Below are positions 22,272 through 33,100 of a DNA stretch of 54,304 nt, piece after piece. The stretch comes from Minisyncoccia bacterium. GTDB lineage: Bacteria; Patescibacteriota; Minisyncoccia; SW-4-49-11. Under the pieces are notes generated by a model. That model saw only the letters and a list, made by a program, of their open reading frames with translations, was not told the DNA's origin and did not search any database. A program made the position numbers and the translations under genes. Location: contig JBIKWJ010000001.1 in assembly GCA_044356325.1 (NCBI GenBank), positions 1 through 54,304 on the forward strand, in the 5' to 3' direction. Numbering within the stretch: the first letter of the stretch is position 1; every line of letters starts with the position of its first letter.

Positions 22272-22643
22272 ATGCGTCGTTCATTATCAGCCCTTCTCCT
22301 TCTCGCCTCCACAGCCCTCGGGCTCGTATCAGGAGCTCCGGTTTCTGCTCAACCGGCTTCTGGTCCAAATAATAGAGTGATTTATCCTGATGTCAGGGTA
22401 TGTGTAACAAAAAAGGATGCATCTTCCTGCTATCGAGTTCCATACAATGATCCTACTTTGATCAGCTTGATGCAAAGACATAAGCCTAAGGTAAAGGAGA
22501 TACATATCCCTTTATTAAGTGATGCCTATGAAAGTGGGATTCTCTTCTGGGGAAGTCTTGTTTTCTTGCTAGTAGCATCTAGTGGGATTGTAGCGTGGAT
22601 GATTTTAGACTGGAAGAAAATTCGTCCTACTAATCCTCACTAA
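22272..22643 (+). CDS. Small exported protein with C-terminal TM helix (cassette 1)
   Basis: Signal peptide MRRSLSALLLLASTALGLVSGAPVSA, Cys pair, own promoter and terminator. Confidence 0.8.
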   Translation: MRRSLSALLLLASTALGLVSGAPVSAQPASGPNNRVIYPDVRVCVTKKDASSCYRVPYNDPTLISLMQRHKPKVKEIHIPLLSDAYESGILFWGSLVFLLVASSGIVAWMILDWKKIRPTNPH

Positions 22644-22664
22644 TCTTATCAACTTACCCAGACT

Positions 22665-22693
22665 AAGACCGGCACCCAGTGTCCGGTCTTTTT
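22665..22693 (+). terminator. Intrinsic terminator of cassette 1
   Basis: AAGACCGG..CCGGTCTTTTT. Confidence 0.8.
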
Positions 22694-22715
22694 CATTTCC
22701 CTCTCAAAAGGTGAT

Positions 22716-22755
22716 GTCATCCACCCTTGACAAAATAGAAGAAATATGCTATAGT
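22716..22755 (+). promoter_or_regulatory. Cassette promoter 2
   Basis: GTCAT-N6-TTGACA-N17-TATAGT, nearly identical to promoter 1. Confidence 0.8.
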
Positions 22756-22791
22756 TTTATCGACCCTCAGAGGGATATCCCTCATCCGATC

Positions 22792-23040
22792 ATGAAACTT
22801 AGTTCTTTTCTTCTCCTTGCAACCACCGCCGCAGCAGCCATCGGGCTCGCTGCTCCAGTACAGGCAGGCGAGACCTCTCGTCTGTGTGAAATGGACAGAA
22901 ATGGCAGTCCTAAGAAATGCTTCTATGTCAAGAAGTCTTCTCTCCCGACAATAATCCGGGATTACTCCTGCGACAAGCCTAATGGGCTTCGTTGCCAACC
23001 TCTGTGGGGAGAGCCTATCTCCTTCCCAAGTATCGATTGA
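22792..23040 (+). CDS. Small secreted 4-Cys protein (cassette 2)
   Basis: Signal peptide MKLSSFLLLATTAAAAIGLAAPVQA; start chosen downstream of the promoter. Confidence 0.8.
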   Translation: MKLSSFLLLATTAAAAIGLAAPVQAGETSRLCEMDRNGSPKKCFYVKKSSLPTIIRDYSCDKPNGLRCQPLWGEPISFPSID

Positions 23041-23056
23041 TTAGACAGATCCTCTC

Positions 23057-23088
23057 GCCGGAACGCATTGCACGGTCCGGCTTTTTTT
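23057..23088 (+). terminator. Intrinsic terminator of cassette 2
   Basis: GCCGGA..TCCGGC followed by a T run. Confidence 0.8.
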
Positions 23089-23107
23089 ATTTACTTTTAA
23101 ATATAAT

Positions 23108-23147
23108 GTTATTAACTATTGATAAAATAGAAAAAGTATGGTATAGT
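23108..23147 (+). promoter_or_regulatory. Cassette promoter 3
   Basis: GTTAT-N6-TTGATA-N17-TATAGT. Confidence 0.75.
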
Positions 23148-23175
23148 TCTCTCGACCTCTAGAGGGATTGTCCTC

Positions 23176-23376
23176 ATGCTAAAATCAGCTCGTTATTTAA
23201 TTTTGGTTATCATTTCATTTCTGTTCTTTGCAAACTTGCCAGTCTATGCGAAAGGAAAAGAGGTTGTTATCCCTACCTTTCATCCACATGCTATATACTG
23301 GACGGCAGGTGTACTGATCCTGATTTTGTTTTGTGGTGTTTGTTATCTCGATAGAAAGGATGATGACTACTATTGA
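23176..23376 (+). CDS. Small membrane protein (cassette 3)
   Basis: Signal peptide ending PVYA plus TM helix; terminator AGCTGGA..TCCGGCTTTTT at 23391-23420. Confidence 0.75.
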   Translation: MLKSARYLILVIISFLFFANLPVYAKGKEVVIPTFHPHAIYWTAGVLILILFCGVCYLDRKDDDYY

Positions 23377-23419
23377 TCATCATCCCTTCAAGCTGGACGC
23401 ATTACGCGCTCCGGCTTTT

Positions 23420-24061
23420 TCATTTCAATTCAGGTAAATTATCCAGAGTATAACAATTCTCAATATTGAATTTTCCAGATTGTCTGCGTTCCAATTCTTC
23501 GAGATAAGCTCCTGTTCCGAGTTTAATACCAATATCATATCCAAGGGACCTGATATAAGTCCCACTAGCACAATATATGTCTAACGTGATGTAAGGATAG
23601 GTATATTCTAATATATCAATACGAGTAATAATCACATTACGCGCAGGTATATCTATATGTTCACCTTTACGGGCTAATTCATACATTTTCTTGCCATTGA
23701 TTTTGATAGCTGAATACATAGGTGGTATTTGCTGTATTTCCCCTATAAATTGCTTGACTACCAATTCTATTTGTTCTCGGGTAGGGATAATATCGGTACT
23801 ATACTCTTGTATGACTCCATCTTTATCATAAGTATCACTTATAAAGCCTAATTTTAGCTTTGTGCGGTATATTTTATCTTGTTTCATAAGAGTATTGCTT
23901 TTTTTGGTAGACTCACGTCCTACAAGCAGAATTAATACTCCAGTGGCAAAAGGGTCAAGAGTTCCCGCATGACCAATCTTTTTGATACCATAAAATCGGC
24001 GTAGCTTATTGACTACGGTGTGAGAAGTGATTCCAGCGGGCTTATTAATAGGAATAATCAT
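23420..24061 (-). CDS. truB: tRNA pseudouridine(55) synthase
   Basis: KIGHAGTLDPFATGVL, PPMYSAIK, GTYIRSL. Confidence 0.97.
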   Translation of the reverse strand: MIIPINKPAGITSHTVVNKLRRFYGIKKIGHAGTLDPFATGVLILLVGRESTKKSNTLMKQDKIYRTKLKLGFISDTYDKDGVIQEYSTDIIPTREQIELVVKQFIGEIQQIPPMYSAIKINGKKMYELARKGEHIDIPARNVIITRIDILEYTYPYITLDIYCASGTYIRSLGYDIGIKLGTGAYLEELERRQSGKFNIENCYTLDNLPELK

Positions 24062-24106
24062 ATAGGCTATTGTAGCATAGATATAGTATATGAGAATAGT
24101 CTTATT

Positions 24107-24490
24107 TCCACCCCGTCAACTTTGTTGACACCCCTCAAGAGGGGCCGGTGGTGGATAGAGAATTCTAAAAGTACTCCACCCCATCCAGCGAAGCTGTCCA
24201 CCCCTCAAGAGGGGAATAATTTAATGCACGAGAAAATTCCCCTCTTGAGGGGTGTATTCCTCCTATACTTTTGTATGGGAGGGAGACGGGGTGGAGTATT
24301 TTTGCAACTTGCTCTCTGTCCCTCGCCTTTTAATCCTACTTGGGATGAGAGGGGTGAATTATTTTTTTCTATATCCACCCCCGCCCTACAGGCTTCCCCC
24401 TCCCTGCCTACCGCAGGCAGGCGAAGGGGGACAAAAATATATATCGCAAAACAACCTCCCCCACCCGTCTGCCGTAGGTAGAAAGGAGGA
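24107..24490. repeat. Large palindromic repeat cluster with a nested CCTGCCT..AGGCAGG element
   Basis: Three CCCCTC(AA/TT)GAGGGG units plus related double hairpins. Confidence 0.85.
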
Positions 24491-24528
24491 CAATATACTT
24501 TTACTACCCCTACTAAATCTACTCAACA

Positions 24529-24556
24529 TAAAAAAGCACCTATATGGTGCTTTTTT
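24529..24556 (-). terminator. Intrinsic terminator of the HU gene
   Basis: AAAAAAGCACC-TATAT-GGTGCTTTTTT. Confidence 0.8.
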
Positions 24557-24578
24557 ATGAGTGCAAGTTATAATATAT

Positions 24579-24854
24579 TTATTTAACTGCATCTTTCAAC
24601 TTCTTTCCTGCTTTGAATTTAGGAGTTTTGGTTGCAGCGATCTTGATCTTTTCTAGAGTTCGTGGGTTAACACCATCTCTTGCTTGTCGTTGGGTTACTG
24701 AGAAAGTCCCAAATCCAGCGAGAGTAACATCTTCCCCTTTAGAAAGGGTCTTGGTCACTACATCAATGAAAGCTTGAAGTACTGCTTCAGAATCCTTCTT
24801 TGAGGTTCCAGCTACATCAGCGATTGCTGATACTAGTTCTGCTTTAGTTGCCAT
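24579..24854 (-). CDS. hup: DNA-binding protein HU
   Basis: KAELV, GFGTF, ARDGVNPRT, PKFKAGKKLKDAV. Confidence 0.97.
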   Translation of the reverse strand: MATKAELVSAIADVAGTSKKDSEAVLQAFIDVVTKTLSKGEDVTLAGFGTFSVTQRQARDGVNPRTLEKIKIAATKTPKFKAGKKLKDAVK

Positions 24855-24955
24855 CTACACACACCTCCTTTCTCATATTGTTTTCCTTAGTATTTGATTG
24901 GATATTATTATCCTTGTTTCATCATATAGTATATATGCGGAGTTGTAAAGGTTTT

Positions 24956-26482
24956 TTACCTTGCATAATCAATAATACGAGTTTCTCGTATCAAAGTAAC
25001 CTTAATTTCACCAGGATATTTGAGCTCTTCTTCTATCTTGAGAGCAATTTTGCGAGCCATTTTTTTGGCTTGTATATCATTAATTTTGTATGGTGTCACG
25101 AATACACGAATCTCACGACCAGCATTAATGGCATAACTTTTATCCACTCCATAAAAAGCATTAGTAATAGCCTCCAATTCACCCAGTCTTTTGATATAAT
25201 TATCCACAGAATCACGCCGAGCTCCAGGTCGAGAAGCTGACAGGGCATCTGCTGCCTGCACAATACGAGATTCTAGACTCTCATAAGGATATTCCTCATG
25301 ATGAGACTGCATAGCCTTGATTACCTCTTCTTTGATACCATATTTACTGAGTACGGTGCGTCCAATTTCCACATGAGTACCCTCAACTTCATGATCAAGA
25401 GCCTTCCCAATATCATGGAAAAGACCTCCCATCTTTGCAATCATCACATTAGCCCCGAGTTCTGCCGCAATAGCTCCCGCCAAATGAGCAACTTCTACAC
25501 TATGCATCAAAACATTTTGCCCATAACTGGTACGGAATTGCAATCGTCCGAGTATATAGGTGAGTTTAGGGTCTATACCTGTAATACCAGTATCATAGAG
25601 AGCAGCCTCTCCTGCCTCTTTAATCTTTTGTTGTACAAGCTCTTTTGATTTAATCACAAATTCCTCAATACGAGCTGGTTGTATACGCCCATCTTCAATC
25701 AAAGCTTCTAGAGCCAGCTTTGCAATATGCCGCCGTATAGGATCAAAACAAGATAATACAATACTATCAGGACTATCATCTATAATAACCTGCACTCCTG
25801 TAGCATTCTCGAGAGCTCGTATATTACGACCTTCTTTTCCAATAATACGCCCCTTTACCTCTTCGCTGTCTATTGACACACTTGCAGTATTAAATTCAGC
25901 AGATTGACCTTGAGCATATTTTTGCATAGCCAGAACCATAATATTCTTGGCTTTTTGTTCCAATTGATTATGCCTAATCCCCTCTAAACGCTCTATTTGT
26001 AATAATAATTCCTCATGAGAAGTCTCTTCTACCTTTTCGAGAAGCTCAGATTTAGCCTGTTCTGTATTAAGCCCAGCAATATGCCCAAGTTCAGTGATTT
26101 GCTTTTGTTTGAGCCCTTCAACCTCTTGATACAAAGCCTTAATTCTCTCCCCCTTTGTCTTGAGTTCAAGTCTATGATTTTCTAATTCCTGTACTTGTTT
26201 TTCCAAGTCCTTTTCCCTTCTCAAAACACTTTCTTCTAGGAGAACAGCGGTTTTCCTAATTTCTGAGGCTTCGGCTCTAGCCTTATCTTTTAGTATTTCC
26301 GCCTCTTGCTCGGCTTCTTTTTTGAGTTTTTTAGACTCTTCTTCGAATTGAGTTTGCAGTGATTGAATTTTAGCTTCTTTTGAATTGATTAATCTTTTGA
26401 CAATGAATAGTCTGAGACCATATCCTATACCAGTACCTATTAATAAGCTTGAAGTCAACCACAATAATGAAATTGCAGTCAT
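24956..26482 (-). CDS. rny: Ribonuclease Y
   Basis: TM plus coiled coil, KH (KGRIIGKEGRNIR), HD domain, SASRPGAR. Confidence 0.97.
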   Translation of the reverse strand: MTAISLLWLTSSLLIGTGIGYGLRLFIVKRLINSKEAKIQSLQTQFEEESKKLKKEAEQEAEILKDKARAEASEIRKTAVLLEESVLRREKDLEKQVQELENHRLELKTKGERIKALYQEVEGLKQKQITELGHIAGLNTEQAKSELLEKVEETSHEELLLQIERLEGIRHNQLEQKAKNIMVLAMQKYAQGQSAEFNTASVSIDSEEVKGRIIGKEGRNIRALENATGVQVIIDDSPDSIVLSCFDPIRRHIAKLALEALIEDGRIQPARIEEFVIKSKELVQQKIKEAGEAALYDTGITGIDPKLTYILGRLQFRTSYGQNVLMHSVEVAHLAGAIAAELGANVMIAKMGGLFHDIGKALDHEVEGTHVEIGRTVLSKYGIKEEVIKAMQSHHEEYPYESLESRIVQAADALSASRPGARRDSVDNYIKRLGELEAITNAFYGVDKSYAINAGREIRVFVTPYKINDIQAKKMARKIALKIEEELKYPGEIKVTLIRETRIIDYAR

Positions 26483-26652
26483 ATAATATTTTGTAAGATA
26501 ATAAACTAAATGTATTTTGCATATACATCACAATTATAGCATAGTAAGCAAGTAAATGCGAATTATAAAATAATAGTTAATTATCAAAAACACAAAAGCA
26601 CCTATCAATATAATTGTTAGGTGCTTTTGTTAGAGAGGCTAATTATCTTGGA

Positions 26653-27912
26653 TTAATACTTTTTTACAAAAGTAAGAGCCCAACCAATTTTATTACCTCG
26701 TCCAGTTCTACCAATACGGTGAATATAATCCTCTTCAGTTCGAGGCAATTCGTAATTGATAACATGAGTAATATCCCCAACATCAATTCCACGAGAAGCC
26801 ACATCGGTTCCAATCATAATCCAAGCCTCATTGCTCTTGAATTTCTTCAACGCAATTTGTCTATGCATTTGAGTCTTGTCACCATGAATAGATTCCACAT
26901 CAAAACCATGTTGTTGTAAATCTCGGTACAAATTCTCTACCGCCATTTTGGTCTCACAGAAAATAAGAACTTTTTTCACTTCATCTTTATTCAAGATATC
27001 CATCAATAAGTCCATTTTATTATCATTACGAGTAACAGTCACAATGTCTTGATGAACATTATTACTAGATACATTGCTAGATAATAATACATTAACTGGA
27101 TTCACAAGGAAAGTCTCCATCAATTGACGAGTTTTTCCTTCAGTTGTAGCAGAGAAGAATAATTTTTGAGTATCTTTTGGAAGTAATTCTAGAATATATC
27201 GAATTTCATCAATAAATCCCATATCAAGCATTCGGTCAACCTCATCCAATACGATGGTTGAAAAACTATCCATATGAATAGCCTTACGATTAATCAAATC
27301 TTTGAATCGTCCAGGAGTTGCAATGATAAAATGATTATGCCGAGATAATCGGAACATTTGCTTACGAATAGGAGTTCCTCCAATACAAACGGTACTATAA
27401 ATACCCTGACCACGATTAGTAATTTTGTGAAGCTCTTGTTCAATTTGAAGAGCTAATTCTCGGGTAGGAGCAAGTATCACAGCTGACTTTTTAGGATCTA
27501 AAGTCATGCTATGAAGAAGTGGAAGCAAGAAAGCCAAAGTTTTACCAGTACCAGTACCAGCAAGTCCAATAACATCATTTCCTGCCATTACAGGTTTAAT
27601 AGCCTGATCTTGAATAGGAGTAGGATTAATCATACCCTTTTCAGTAAGAGCAGCATCAATCCATGATGCAAAACCAAAGTCTTTGAAAGTATGGGTGATT
27701 TTGGTCTCAGCCTCTGGAAGAGGTTCAGCAACCTTCACAAATAAAGAATGGTCAAGTTGTTTAGTACCAGATTTTTTGCCATATCTTCGGCCACCACCTC
27801 CGCCATAGCGAGGTCGTCCGCCAAAAGAATCGCGAGAAGAACTATTATTATATCGAGAAGATGAGTTAGAGCGATTAGAAAATCGACTACTACTATTATT
27901 AGAGTACGCCAT
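26653..27912 (-). CDS. DEAD-box RNA helicase
   Basis: GTGTGKT, PTRELA, DEVD, SAT, HRIGRTGR; start placed at MAYSNN. Confidence 0.96.
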   Translation of the reverse strand: MAYSNNSSSRFSNRSNSSSRYNNSSSRDSFGGRPRYGGGGGRRYGKKSGTKQLDHSLFVKVAEPLPEAETKITHTFKDFGFASWIDAALTEKGMINPTPIQDQAIKPVMAGNDVIGLAGTGTGKTLAFLLPLLHSMTLDPKKSAVILAPTRELALQIEQELHKITNRGQGIYSTVCIGGTPIRKQMFRLSRHNHFIIATPGRFKDLINRKAIHMDSFSTIVLDEVDRMLDMGFIDEIRYILELLPKDTQKLFFSATTEGKTRQLMETFLVNPVNVLLSSNVSSNNVHQDIVTVTRNDNKMDLLMDILNKDEVKKVLIFCETKMAVENLYRDLQQHGFDVESIHGDKTQMHRQIALKKFKSNEAWIMIGTDVASRGIDVGDITHVINYELPRTEEDYIHRIGRTGRGNKIGWALTFVKKY

Positions 27913-28174
27913 ACAAAATATGATTATGAATATGATATGGAATATAGATACCAATCATATACATACTTGTATAAACGCCATCTATGACCACATTGAAGAA
28001 GATTATATCATAGATTATATTATTTGTCAAGTTATAATAACACCAAAATTGAGTTAGGGGTATTCTGTCCTCCCTTGGAGGAGGTGGCACGAAGTGCCGG
28101 AGGTGGATTGTTTTTGTCCTCGTAGGGGTGACCTCTCAGTCGCCTTTTATATATAATAGTTACTAACTATTACT

Positions 28175-29146
28175 TCAATATTTGTAGAAACCTATAATTT
28201 GATCTTTATTGTGAGGATCACTTTCAGCAACCAATAGGGTTAATGTAGTCAATACTTGGGGAGTTATTTTAGAAGTATTCAATGTTTTGGTCTTATTCAA
28301 AAGCCAAATAAAAGCAAAAGCACCTGATCTTTTATTCCCATCATTCAAAGGATGGTTTTTAATAATAAAATATAATAGATGGGCAGCCTTCTCTTCAATA
28401 GAAGGATATATCTCTTCCCCAAAAGCAGATTGAAAAATATTACCAACAATTCCTGCTATAGCATTAGGTTGTTTTTCTTGTCCAAATAACTTGGTCGCCA
28501 TCTTCTTTTTATACAAATCTTGCTTTAGCTCAACCAAAGCTTGTATTAATTCATCAGCAGTGAATTCCACTTGAGACTTATTGAGACCTGATTGTGGCAA
28601 ATCAGATTTGTCATACGCATCAAGAGCAAACCAAGTCTCAGCAAAAAACTTAACCAATTCTAAAGCATCACTAGTCTTAACCTCACTATTTACAAGGATT
28701 AATGTCTTGACCGTCTCAATAGCCTTGAGAAACTCATCATAATTCTGGGCTAATACTTTTTTATTAATACTATATCCTTTCGTAATATACTGTTTTAATG
28801 TTTGTGTAGCCCATTGACGAAAGGTAACTGCCATAGAAGATTTTGTTCTATAACCAACTGCCAGAATAATGTCTAAATTATAAAAAGTCACATTTTTTGT
28901 TTGACTCTTACCTTTTAAAGCTCCGTGAGGAGTGGTCTGTGCAAATTTTGCACTAACCACTTTTGCATCCAATTCCCTATCTAAAAAAATATTTTTAATA
29001 TGTCTTGTTACCACTGATCTATCTACAGCAAAAAGTTCAGCAATCTGAGCTTGATTAGCCCAAATCGTATCCTGAGTCCAGTCACCCTTCAACTCAATAG
29101 CACCATTTTTTGCTTGATAAATAATTGTATGCGGTTTTGTATTCAT
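28175..29146 (-). CDS. RhuM-like domain plus Fic/Doc domain protein
   Basis: YNLDIILAVGYR, FRQWAT and HPLNDGNKR. Confidence 0.9.
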   Translation of the reverse strand: MNTKPHTIIYQAKNGAIELKGDWTQDTIWANQAQIAELFAVDRSVVTRHIKNIFLDRELDAKVVSAKFAQTTPHGALKGKSQTKNVTFYNLDIILAVGYRTKSSMAVTFRQWATQTLKQYITKGYSINKKVLAQNYDEFLKAIETVKTLILVNSEVKTSDALELVKFFAETWFALDAYDKSDLPQSGLNKSQVEFTADELIQALVELKQDLYKKKMATKLFGQEKQPNAIAGIVGNIFQSAFGEEIYPSIEEKAAHLLYFIIKNHPLNDGNKRSGAFAFIWLLNKTKTLNTSKITPQVLTTLTLLVAESDPHNKDQIIGFYKY

Positions 29147-29227
29147 AATAATTTATATATACTCCATTATACCATAATAATAGCCTAATTTATAATATAA
29201 ATTCATAGAGGAAGGTTTTGTATTTTA

Positions 29228-29351
29228 TCTTCCTTTGGAGGAGGATGACTGAGCTAATTACCCTCTTGAGGGGTGGCAGGCTTTGCCTGACGGGGTGGAA
29301 CCGTATTCTGTCCCCCTTTTAGGAGGGGGTGCCTGAAAGGCGGGGGTGGAT
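29228..29351. repeat. Palindromic repeat cluster
   Basis: CCCTCTTGAGGGG and CCCCCTTTTAGGAGGGGG double-hairpin units. Confidence 0.75.
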
Positions 29352-29367
29352 AAATTTCATAAAACTA

Positions 29368-29407
29368 GTTATAACCTATTGATAAAATTAGGGAAATGTG
29401 CTATTCT
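29368..29407 (+). promoter_or_regulatory. Cassette promoter 4
   Basis: GTTAT-N6-TTGATA-N17-TATTCT with extended -10 TG. Confidence 0.7.
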
Positions 29408-29433
29408 ATTTTTGTTCCCCATGAGCACCCATC

Positions 29434-29796
29434 ATGAGTACCAATTCCATTTCCAGAGGTCCCCTTGTCATATTCGGAGTTGGCTTTGGTTTAATATTGT
29501 TACTAATTCTTATATCAAATGGGTTACGCTTAACAACCTATGTCGCGAATGTTCCTTGCACAGTGATCAAGGCAGAGAATGTTAGAACAAGTGATGAAAG
29601 TAGTTCCTATAGGCTTTTCTGTAAGCAGGAAACATTCGATATCAAGGATGACTGGTGGACAGGCAGATTCACGAGCTCTGACATGTACGGAGCTATTTCT
29701 AATCTCTCCAAAGGATCGGAAATATCTCTAGATGTGTGGGGAATCCGTTTTGGACCCACCAGCGCCAAACGATCTGCAATCAATTGGAGACAGTAA
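29434..29796 (+). CDS. Small membrane-anchored protein (cassette 4)
   Basis: N-terminal TM, Cys pair; terminator ATCCCC..GGGGATTTTT at about 29816-29845. Confidence 0.75.
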   Translation: MSTNSISRGPLVIFGVGFGLILLLILISNGLRLTTYVANVPCTVIKAENVRTSDESSSYRLFCKQETFDIKDDWWTGRFTSSDMYGAISNLSKGSEISLDVWGIRFGPTSAKRSAINWRQ

Positions 29797-29846
29797 ACAG
29801 ATGAGTGTTTCTACCATCCCCCTAGCTATGCCGGGGGATTTTTTTA

Positions 29847-30086
29847 TTACTTAAACAATTTTGAAAACCAGCCGAATAAACTTGGGACTTTGCCCTTGCT
29901 CAGTTCTCTGGTATGTTTAAAAATAGGTTTATTATACCCTATATTGTATTTTATTTTTTGCTTAACTCGAGAAGGGCTCAAAGATTGTACTGCAGAAATT
30001 CCCGTAGCCTTCTTTATCCTTCGCTTCAACTTTGTCACTCCGAGCAATGTTTTGATGGATGGTTTGCGGTAACGGAAGAGTTTCAT
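29847..30086 (-). CDS. Small basic hypothetical protein downstream of hsdR
   Basis: 79-aa Lys/Arg-rich ORF co-oriented 15 bp after hsdR. Confidence 0.65.
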   Translation of the reverse strand: MKLFRYRKPSIKTLLGVTKLKRRIKKATGISAVQSLSPSRVKQKIKYNIGYNKPIFKHTRELSKGKVPSLFGWFSKLFK

Positions 30087-30101
30087 AATGATTATTTATC
30101 T

Positions 30102-33100
30102 TTATTGTGTTAATTCTTGAGCCAATAGTTCACTTTGCTCCAGAACTTTATCAGCTTCTATTCTTGCAAGATCAGGTGGATAACCATATCTCATGAGAAT
30201 TTTTTTGACCGTAAGACGGAGTTTAGCTCTGACATCTTCTCGTTTTTCCCAATCAACCGTAGCATTTTTGCGGATAATATCAACAATAACATGAATCAAC
30301 TCTTTCATTTTATGATCATCTAAAAATTTCGTAGAATCATTCTGAGCCAGTACACTATAAAAGGCATATTCTTCTGGAGTAAGTCCAATATCTTCCGCCT
30401 TTTTATCCTCCAATTTCATTGCCCGAGCAATTTCTGAAAGTTCCTGAATCACTTGAGCCGTATCAATTTGATTATTATGATACCTATTGATTACACTCTC
30501 AAGCATCTCAGAAAACTTTTTTCCTTGAGCCATATTTTTTCTTTTTCGTAATTTTACCTCATCATTCAAGAGCTTACGCAGAAGTTCAAAGGCAAGATTT
30601 TTTTGCTCCATATTTTTGACCTCAAGCAAAAATTCCTCTGACAAAATATCCAGTGTCGGAGTTTTCATCCCCGCAGCCTCGAACACATCCACTACTCCAT
30701 CACTCGCCAAAGCCTCCTCTACAATTTGTCTTACCGCCGTCTCTACCTGACTATCTGAAACACCCCCACTAGGAGTGAATTTATTAATACGAGCTTTAAT
30801 CGCTTGAAACAACGCAACTTCATCTCGTATTTGCTCAGCCTCAAAACTTGGAACCGCCATCGCAAATAACTTCGACAAAGCAGTCACTTCCGTCAAAAAT
30901 CTCTGCTTAAGTTTTTCATCATATAAAATAAAGTTTGTCGCCCCCAATAAAATATGTAATTTTTCACTACTCTCAGCCTGAAAATAATTTTTGTATTCAA
31001 AGCCATGGAACATTTGCTCCACAATCTCAAATTTTGTCTTCATACTCGCAATAACCTCAGCAATATCTAGAACCGCATCACCCTCACCACCACTTTGAAT
31101 ATACACACCCATCGCATTTCTCAGATCCTGACCAATACCAATATAATCCACAATCAATCCTCCTGGTTTATCCTTATATACCCGATTAACCCGAGCAATA
31201 GCCTGCATCAAATTAGCACCCTGCATCTTTTTATCAATATACATCGTATGCAAACACGGAACATCAAATCCCGTCAACCACATAGACTGAACAATCACCA
31301 TCTGAAGTGAATCCTGAGAATCCTTGAGCCTCAGAGCAAGCTTCTTTCTGTCCTCTTTATTCGTATGATGAGCTTGAAAGTCTTCAGGATCATCACTACT
31401 CGAAGTCATCACAATTTTAAGCTTCCCTTGCATCAATTCATCACTATGCCAATCAGGACGAAGAGCAATAATTTCTTGATATAACCAAACCGCAATTTGC
31501 CTTGTCATACATACCACCATAGCCTTCCCCTCAAAGGTTCTTTGCCTCGCCTCAAAATGCTCCACAATATCCTTAGCCAAATCCTTTAGTCTATCAGGAT
31601 GACCAACCACCGCATCAATTTGAGCATTTTTCTTTTTCGCCTTTTCCTTTTGCTCCTCAGTAGCACCAACAATTTCATCAATAGCATAATCAATTTTATT
31701 GACCAACTCCTTATTCAATTTAATTTTAACCAAACGAGACTCATAACTAATCGGCACCGTAGCCCCATCATCCACCGCCTGCTTAATATCATAAATATCA
31801 ATTTCATTCCCAAATACATTACGCGTTGACCTGTCCTCCTTCTCAATCGGAGTCCCCGTAAACCCAATAAAAGAAGCCCTCGGCAAAGCATCCCTCAAAT
31901 ATTTAGCATTCCCATATCGAATTTCAGACCCATCCACCGTTTCTACCTCTCGCCCCTTGAATCCATATTGACTACGATGAGCCTCATCCGCCACAACCAC
32001 AATATTCGAACGCTCAGATAAAGTTTCATACACATTCCCCTCACGAGGAGCAAATTTCTGAATAGTCGTAAAAATAATACCACCCCCCGCAACCTTGAGA
32101 AGCTCTTTCAAATGCTCACGACTTTCCGCCTGCACAGGAGTCTGTCTCAATAATTGCTTACAATTTCCAAAAGTCGTAAATAACTGATCATCAAGATCAT
32201 TCCTATCCGTCAAAATAACAATAGTCGGATTCTTCATCATCGGCTCCACCACAATTTGCCCCGTATAAAACACCATAGAAAGAGATTTTCCCGAACCCTG
32301 AGTATGCCAAATAACTCCAATTTTTCTATTACCCTCAGATTCATCAGTAGCCCTCAAGGTTTCCTTAACCGCTTTTTCCACTGCATAATATTGATGATAG
32401 GCTGCAATTTTCTTAATCTTCACCACCGATAATAACCCCGTTTTTTCATCCTTTTGCTCCTCTTGTTCAAAAACCGTATTATATCGAATCAATCGAAGTA
32501 ACACCTCAGGAACAAGCATTTTTTCAGCCATAATCTGCATTTCTGGCACAATACCATTCTCCTTTTTCTCAGGAGATTTCCAAGCCACAAATCGCTCAAA
32601 AGGAGCAGACACACTCGACATACGAGCATCAATTCCATCTGAGATAATACATAAGGCATTATAATAAAAAATACTCGGAACAGCTTTTTTATAATTCTGA
32701 ATTTGTGTAAAAGCCCTCTCCAAAGTCGCCTTTTCATCAGTAGCATTCTTCAACTCCACTACAACTAAAGGAAGCCCATTCACATAAATCACGACATCCA
32801 ATCGCTTCTCATTATTATGCTCTTTGATCACCAATTGATTCACCGCCCAAAAGCTATTATTTGAGACATTCTCCAAATCAAGAAGCTTAACATTGATACC
32901 CTTTGTAGCATCATCTTTGACATATTCAACCGTAATCCCATCAGTCAAATAAGTATGAAACTTTTCATTATTCGCCATCACATCAGAAGACCCAAGATTC
33001 ATAATATGTTGATACGCCTCATACCTTGCTGATTCAGGAATATCTGGATTCAATCTTTTGAGTGACTCCTTGAGATGATTTTCGAGTATGACACTATCAA

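Noticed and set aside
21162-23420. Integron (integrase plus cassette array)
   Set aside because: The recombinase looks Xer-like and is co-oriented with the ORFs, no attC RYYYAAC..GTTRRRY sites are evident, and each ORF has its own promoter
24107-24490. CRISPR array
   Set aside because: Units vary in sequence, orientation and spacing; no cas genes
24020-24592. ORFs of 153, 102 and 68 aa
   Set aside because: Composed of repeat-derived peptides (TPQEGN, PLLRG) seen in other repeat clusters
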